Shown piece after piece: positions 27,664 to 32,000 of a DNA stretch of 32,000 nt. Both the position numbers and the translations under genes were made by a program. The first letter of the stretch is position 1, and the number at the start of each line of letters is the position of its first letter. The notes beneath the pieces were generated by a model that was not told the DNA's origin, did no database searches, and saw nothing but the letters and a program-made list of their open reading frames with translations. The DNA is taken from positions 60,001-92,000 of the forward strand of contig CP100318.1 of assembly GCA_029851085.1 (NCBI GenBank). Direction: 5' to 3'. Source of the stretch: Candidatus Saccharimonadota bacterium. Lineage in GTDB: Bacteria; Bacteroidota; Bacteroidia; Flavobacteriales; Blattabacteriaceae.

Positions 27664-28380
27664 ATGAATTTAGCTATAATAGGATATGGTAAAATGGGAA
27701 AAGCTATTGAAAAAATAGCTAAAATACGTAAACATAATATTAATTATATTACTTCTTCTAAACCAGAAATTAATAAATTAAAAAATGTAGATGTAGCTAT
27801 AGAATTTACTAAACCTGAATCAGCTTTTGAAAATTTGAAAATATGTTTAGAACAACAAATACCTATAGTTTGTGGAACAACTGGTTGGTTGAAAAAATTA
27901 AAAATTATTGAAAATATTTGTATTAAAAAAAATGGAACTTTTTTATATTCTTCTAATTTTAGTATTAGTATGAATATTTTTTTTAAAATAAATTTGTTTT
28001 TAGCAAAATTAATGTCATCATATATACAAAATTATAATATTAAAATAGATGAAATTCATCATAAAAATAAATTAGATAAACCTAGTGGAACAGCTATTTT
28101 TTTAGCTGAAGATATTATTAATGTAACTGATAAAACTGATTGGATATTATTTAATAATAATATTAATAAAATTAATAATGATAAAATACCTATTGTTTCT
28201 AAAAGAATTGAAAATACTATAGGTACGCATATTGTTAAATATTATTCTAATATAGATAATATTGAAATAAAACATGAAGCATATAATAGAGATGGATTTG
28301 CATTAGGTGCAATAATTGCTGCGGAATGGATTAAAAATAAAAAAGGTATTTTTTATATGAATGAAGTATTAAATATATAA
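27664..28380 (+). CDS. dapB: 4-hydroxy-tetrahydrodipicolinate reductase
   Basis: 238 aa. Begins IIGYGKMGK, has GTTGW, and carries the signature EIHHKNKLDKPSGTA. Confidence 0.9.
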   Translation: MNLAIIGYGKMGKAIEKIAKIRKHNINYITSSKPEINKLKNVDVAIEFTKPESAFENLKICLEQQIPIVCGTTGWLKKLKIIENICIKKNGTFLYSSNFSISMNIFFKINLFLAKLMSSYIQNYNIKIDEIHHKNKLDKPSGTAIFLAEDIINVTDKTDWILFNNNINKINNDKIPIVSKRIENTIGTHIVKYYSNIDNIEIKHEAYNRDGFALGAIIAAEWIKNKKGIFYMNEVLNI

Positions 28381-28384
28381 TGTA

Positions 28385-29749
28385 ATGTTATTAATATTAT
28401 ATATAATTTGTTTTTTTATTATTCTATTTTTAAGTACTTGGAAACTTTATAAAAAAGCAGGTAGAAAATTATGGGAATCAGCTATTCCTATATATAATTT
28501 GATTGTAATGATAAAAATTATTAAAAAACCTATTTGGTGGATATTTATAATTTTTATTCCCATTATTGGAATTATAATGTTTTTTTTATTATTGATAGAA
28601 TTTATAAATTGTTTTGGAAAAAGTTCAACTAAAGATATTTTATTAGTATTAATAACGTTTGGAATATATGTTGGTATATTGAATTATAATAATAATATTA
28701 AATTTATTGGTCCAAGTGATAGAAAAAATAATACAACATTAAATGTTATATATGCAATAATGTTAATAACATTTATTCATAATTATTTATTTCAACCATT
28801 TTTTATACCTACTTCTTCTATGGAGCCTACATTATTAGTAGGTGATTTTATTATTGTTAGTAAATTTCATTATGGATTACGACTTCCTATTACTCCTATA
28901 AGTATTCCATTAACACATAATAATATTTTAGGAATACCTTCATATTTAAAAAATTTAAAATTACCTTATTTTCGTTTTCCTTCTATAAAAATAAATCGTA
29001 ATGATATTGTTATATTTAATTTTCCATTAGATTATTATAATGCAGTAGATAGAAAAGATTTTTATATAAAACGTTGTGTAGCTATACCTAACGATATTGT
29101 ATATATACGTAATGGTATTTTATATATAAATGATAAACCTGAAAAATTAAAAAGTAAAGAATATTCTTATTTGGTTAAAACTTTATTACCAATAAATAAA
29201 GAATATTTAATGAAACAAGGAATTAAATATATTTTTTTAAAAAAAAAAATTAATAATATATATATATATAATGTTATAATGCCTGAAAATAAAGAGGTAT
29301 TATTTAATAATTGTCAATTAAAAAAAAATATTTATCCTATTCAATATAAAGAAAAAATTTTTCCATCAAAATATAAATGGAATAGAGATTTTTATGGTCC
29401 AATACAAGTTCCTAAAAAAGGAACTATAATTTATTTAACAAAAAAAAATATTTCTTTGTATAAAGAAATAATTTCTTTATATGAAAAAAATTCTTTAATA
29501 GAAAAAAATAACGGATTTTATATTAATGGTATTAAATCTTATAAATATAAAATAAAACAAAATTATTATTTTGTAATTGGAGATAATCGTCATAATTCAT
29601 TAGATTCTAGATATTGGGGTTTCTTACCAGAAGATCATATTGTAGGTAAACCTATATTAATATGGATGAGTATAGATTGGGATATAAATAATCCATTAAA
29701 TATATTTAAATGGAGAATTAGAATTAATAGGATTATGAAATTTTTATAA
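28385..29749 (+). CDS. lepB: signal peptidase I with an extended N-terminal membrane domain
   Basis: 454 aa. The S26 catalytic Ser box is IPTSSMEPTLLVGDFIIVSK, followed by YIKRCVAIPND and GDNRHNSLDSRYWGF. The N-terminal 100 aa or so form a multi-TM extension. The gene contains an in-frame A11 run at 29239-29249. Confidence 0.88.
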   Translation: MLLILYIICFFIILFLSTWKLYKKAGRKLWESAIPIYNLIVMIKIIKKPIWWIFIIFIPIIGIIMFFLLLIEFINCFGKSSTKDILLVLITFGIYVGILNYNNNIKFIGPSDRKNNTTLNVIYAIMLITFIHNYLFQPFFIPTSSMEPTLLVGDFIIVSKFHYGLRLPITPISIPLTHNNILGIPSYLKNLKLPYFRFPSIKINRNDIVIFNFPLDYYNAVDRKDFYIKRCVAIPNDIVYIRNGILYINDKPEKLKSKEYSYLVKTLLPINKEYLMKQGIKYIFLKKKINNIYIYNVIMPENKEVLFNNCQLKKNIYPIQYKEKIFPSKYKWNRDFYGPIQVPKKGTIIYLTKKNISLYKEIISLYEKNSLIEKNNGFYINGIKSYKYKIKQNYYFVIGDNRHNSLDSRYWGFLPEDHIVGKPILIWMSIDWDINNPLNIFKWRIRINRIMKFL

Positions 29750-29757
29750 CCATAAGA

Positions 29758-30675
29758 TCATATTGAATTAATAATTTTTTTTATAAAGAAATAAATGTTT
29801 TCTTTTTTTTCGTCATTAAACCATTTAATAATATCTTTATCTTGTTTATACCAAGTAATTTGTCTTTTAGCATAATGTCTTGTATTTAATTTGATTTTTG
29901 TAATTGCTTGATTTAAAGTTAATTTTCCTTCTATAAATTCAAAAATTTCTTTATAACCTATAGTTTTATTTAAAATATTTAAATGTTTAAATTTATATAA
30001 ATTTTTAGCTTCTTCTATTAAACCATTTTGAATCATTTTATCAATTCTATCATTTATTTTTTTATATAATTTTTCACGATTTAATGTTAATCCTATTTTT
30101 AGTATTTTAAAAAAACGTTTAACAATTTTTTTCTTTTTAAAAGAAGAAAAAGGTTTTCCTGTATATTCAATTACTTCTAAAGCACGTATAATACGATGAG
30201 TATTATTGTGATCAACCTTTTCATAAAAAAATGGATCATATAAATTTAAATTTTTTTGTAAAAAATTAATTCCTTTTTTTTTAAAAATTTCATACCACAT
30301 TTTTCGAATTATTGGTGGAATATTAGGTATAGGATCTAATCCTTTAGTTATTACTTTTTCATAAAATCCAGATCCACCTACCATTAAGACAATATTTGTA
30401 TTGGAAAAAAGTTTTTGTAAAGTATTTAATACATCTTTTTCAAAATCTTTAACAGTATATGATTGATGTATACTTAAATTACCAATAAAATGATGAGGTA
30501 CAATATTTAGTTCATCTTTATTTGGAATAGCTGTACCAATTTTCATTTCTTTGTAAAATTGTCTAGAATCACATGAAATAATATTGGTTTTTAATTTTTT
30601 TGCTAAAAAAATAGATAATGATGTTTTTCCTACTGCGGTAGGTCCTACAATTGATAATAATATATTTTTTTGCAT
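29758..30675 (-). CDS. miaA: tRNA dimethylallyltransferase
   Basis: 305 aa with the P-loop GPTAVGKTSLSI. Other supporting motifs: SCDSRQFYKEMKIGTA, GGSGFY, and QITWYK. Confidence 0.92.
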   Translation of the reverse strand: MQKNILLSIVGPTAVGKTSLSIFLAKKLKTNIISCDSRQFYKEMKIGTAIPNKDELNIVPHHFIGNLSIHQSYTVKDFEKDVLNTLQKLFSNTNIVLMVGGSGFYEKVITKGLDPIPNIPPIIRKMWYEIFKKKGINFLQKNLNLYDPFFYEKVDHNNTHRIIRALEVIEYTGKPFSSFKKKKIVKRFFKILKIGLTLNREKLYKKINDRIDKMIQNGLIEEAKNLYKFKHLNILNKTIGYKEIFEFIEGKLTLNQAITKIKLNTRHYAKRQITWYKQDKDIIKWFNDEKKENIYFFIKKIINSI

Positions 30676-30690
30676 ATATTATTTTTTTTA

Positions 30691-31128
30691 TTAAATTCTT
30701 TTTTTTTTAAAAAATTGTTGTAATAATATAATAGATTCTTTTGACATTATTCCAGATTTATGAATTGTTTGTGGATGAAGTTTTATTTTCATTTTTGAAA
30801 AACCTCTTTTATAATCAAAAGCTCCAAATACTATTTTACTTATTTGTGACCAATATAAAGCTCCAGCACACATTATACATGGTTCTAAAGTAACATATAA
30901 TGTACATCCTTTAAGATATTTTAAACCTAGTTTATTAGATGCAATTTTAATAACTTCAATTTCTGCATGTGCTGTAACATTATTAAATGTTTCAATAAGA
31001 TTATGAGATTTAGCTATAATAATATTATTATGAGTAATTATTGCTCCTATAGGAACTTCATTTTTATGAAAAGCATTATTTGCTTCAATTAAAGCTTTTT
31101 TCATAAAAAAAATATCATCATAAATCAT
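30691..31128 (-). CDS. tadA: tRNA-specific adenosine(34) deaminase
   Basis: 145 aa. The CDA zinc motifs HAEIEVI and PCIMCAGAL are present, together with VPIGAIIT. Confidence 0.9.
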   Translation of the reverse strand: MIYDDIFFMKKALIEANNAFHKNEVPIGAIITHNNIIIAKSHNLIETFNNVTAHAEIEVIKIASNKLGLKYLKGCTLYVTLEPCIMCAGALYWSQISKIVFGAFDYKRGFSKMKIKLHPQTIHKSGIMSKESIILLQQFFKKKRI

Positions 31129-31703
31129 TGTGTTGTATTATCAATACTAGAAGTTTTTACAAGAGCAATTATTGTATTTAGTGGATGCAAAATACAATAT
31201 TTATCTTGGGGAAGATCATTTATGCAAAGACGATCTCCTAATTCTAAAGAATTAATATTTAATTCTAAATATTGAGGTATATTAGAAGGTTTAGCTTTTA
31301 TTTTTAATTTTTTTAAAATAAAATGAAATTTTCCTCCTTTTGAAACTCCTGGTGAACGTCCAATAATTTTTATAGGAATTTCTAAAATGATTTCTTTTTC
31401 TTCATCTAAAATAAAAAAATCTGCATGTAAAATTTTATCAGTAACTGTATGATATTGAATATCTCTTAATATTGTTTTAAAAGTTTGATTTAATTCTTGG
31501 TTAGAATTAAATAATTTTATTTCAAAAAAATTGAAAATTGGTGTATGAATTATATTTTTAATATCTGTATATGATATATAAAATGGAATATTAGTAGATT
31601 TATTATATAATATACATGGTATATTATATAATTTTCGTAAATAATTATTATTTTTTTTTCCTAATTTTTTTCTTATTATTCCTTTAATAGTAATTAATTT
31701 CAT
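31125..31703 (-). CDS. rplY: 50S ribosomal protein L25 / general stress protein Ctc form
   Basis: 192 aa. The N-terminus has the LRK...IPCILYN pattern, and the two-domain Ctc-type length fits. Its stop overlaps the tadA start by 4 nt. Confidence 0.8.
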   Translation of the reverse strand: MKLITIKGIIRKKLGKKNNNYLRKLYNIPCILYNKSTNIPFYISYTDIKNIIHTPIFNFFEIKLFNSNQELNQTFKTILRDIQYHTVTDKILHADFFILDEEKEIILEIPIKIIGRSPGVSKGGKFHFILKKLKIKAKPSNIPQYLELNINSLELGDRLCINDLPQDKYCILHPLNTIIALVKTSSIDNTTQ

Positions 31704-31714
31704 ATGTATAATTA

Positions 31715-32000
31715 TTAATTATCAATTGATAATTTTAATTTTAATTTTTTTTTTTCCAAGTCTGCGGATACAATTTTTACAATTATTTTTTGTCCAATAA
31801 AAAAAATATTACCCTTATTTAAGCCTAAAATATTATAATTAATAGGATCAAATATATATTTATCATCTTTTATATCACGTAATTTAATTAGACCTTCAGT
31901 ATATGATAACAATATTTGTATATAAATACCCCATTCAGTAATTCCTGAAATAATTCCTTCTAATTTTTTTCCTATGAATTTTTGCATATATTTTAGTTGC
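31715..32000 (-). CDS. rnr: C-terminal S1 domain of ribonuclease R (5' part lies beyond the window)
   Basis: The frame stays open upstream of the track's Met to the window edge (..QLKYMQKFIGKKLEGIISGITEWGIYIQ..GLIKLRDIKDDKYIFD). This S1-fold pattern is typical of the RNase R C-terminus. The assignment rests on about 95 aa only. Confidence 0.6.
   Translation of the reverse strand, partial: QLKYMQKFIGKKLEGIISGITEWGIYIQILLSYTEGLIKLRDIKDDKYIFDPINYNILGLNKGNIFFIGQKIIVKIVSADLEKKKLKLKLSIDN

Noticed and set aside
1-32000. UGA-to-Trp recoding (genetic code 4), which occurs in some tiny symbiont genomes
   Set aside because: All long ORFs are intact under the standard code. Trp is encoded by TGG where checked. 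TGA ends the SufT-like gene and htrA at family-typical C-termini.

Overview
The window looks like core chromosome from a highly reduced, extremely AT-rich bacterial endosymbiont. G+C is roughly 15-20% by eye. Gene content and order point to Bacteroidota/Flavobacteriales, in the style of Blattabacterium, Sulcia or Shikimatogenerans; this lineage call is inference, since no search was possible. The pointers are atpBEFHAG without atpDC, a LemA-TPM pair, a DUF3127 protein, a signal peptidase I with a long N-terminal membrane extension, and a fused KorA.

Genes are tightly packed on both strands and almost all are housekeeping:
- Fe-S assembly (SufT-like, Mrp/ApbC)
- an M16 peptidase pair, HtrA and LepB
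- DAP/lysine steps (dapF, dapB)
- rsmH, murE and mraY
- pheS, trpS and glnS
- pdhB, ppa and korA
- ATP synthase F0/F1 subunits
- miaA, tadA, rplY and the 3' end of RNase R
- three tRNAs: Asn-GTT, Leu-GAG and Arg-ACG

I found no mobile element, CRISPR array, defence island or other convincing novel multi-gene system. The standard genetic code fits.

The unusual signals are genome-decay and repeat phenomena:
1. murE, mraY and an rlmB-like methyltransferase are each interrupted by a frameshift inside an A8-A10 run. The rlmB-like gene is absent from the ORF track. mraY has a second, non-homopolymer frameshift.
2. A decayed tandem copy of the 3' end of the bifunctional-nuclease gene sits directly downstream of that gene and supplies its stop codon.
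3. A perfect 5 x 51-bp in-frame tandem repeat lies in the TPM-domain protein. A 2 x 51-bp in-frame repeat lies in HtrA, also just after the N-terminal membrane anchor.
4. The dcw cluster is stripped down to rsmH-tRNA-murE-mraY.
5. korA has no adjacent korB.
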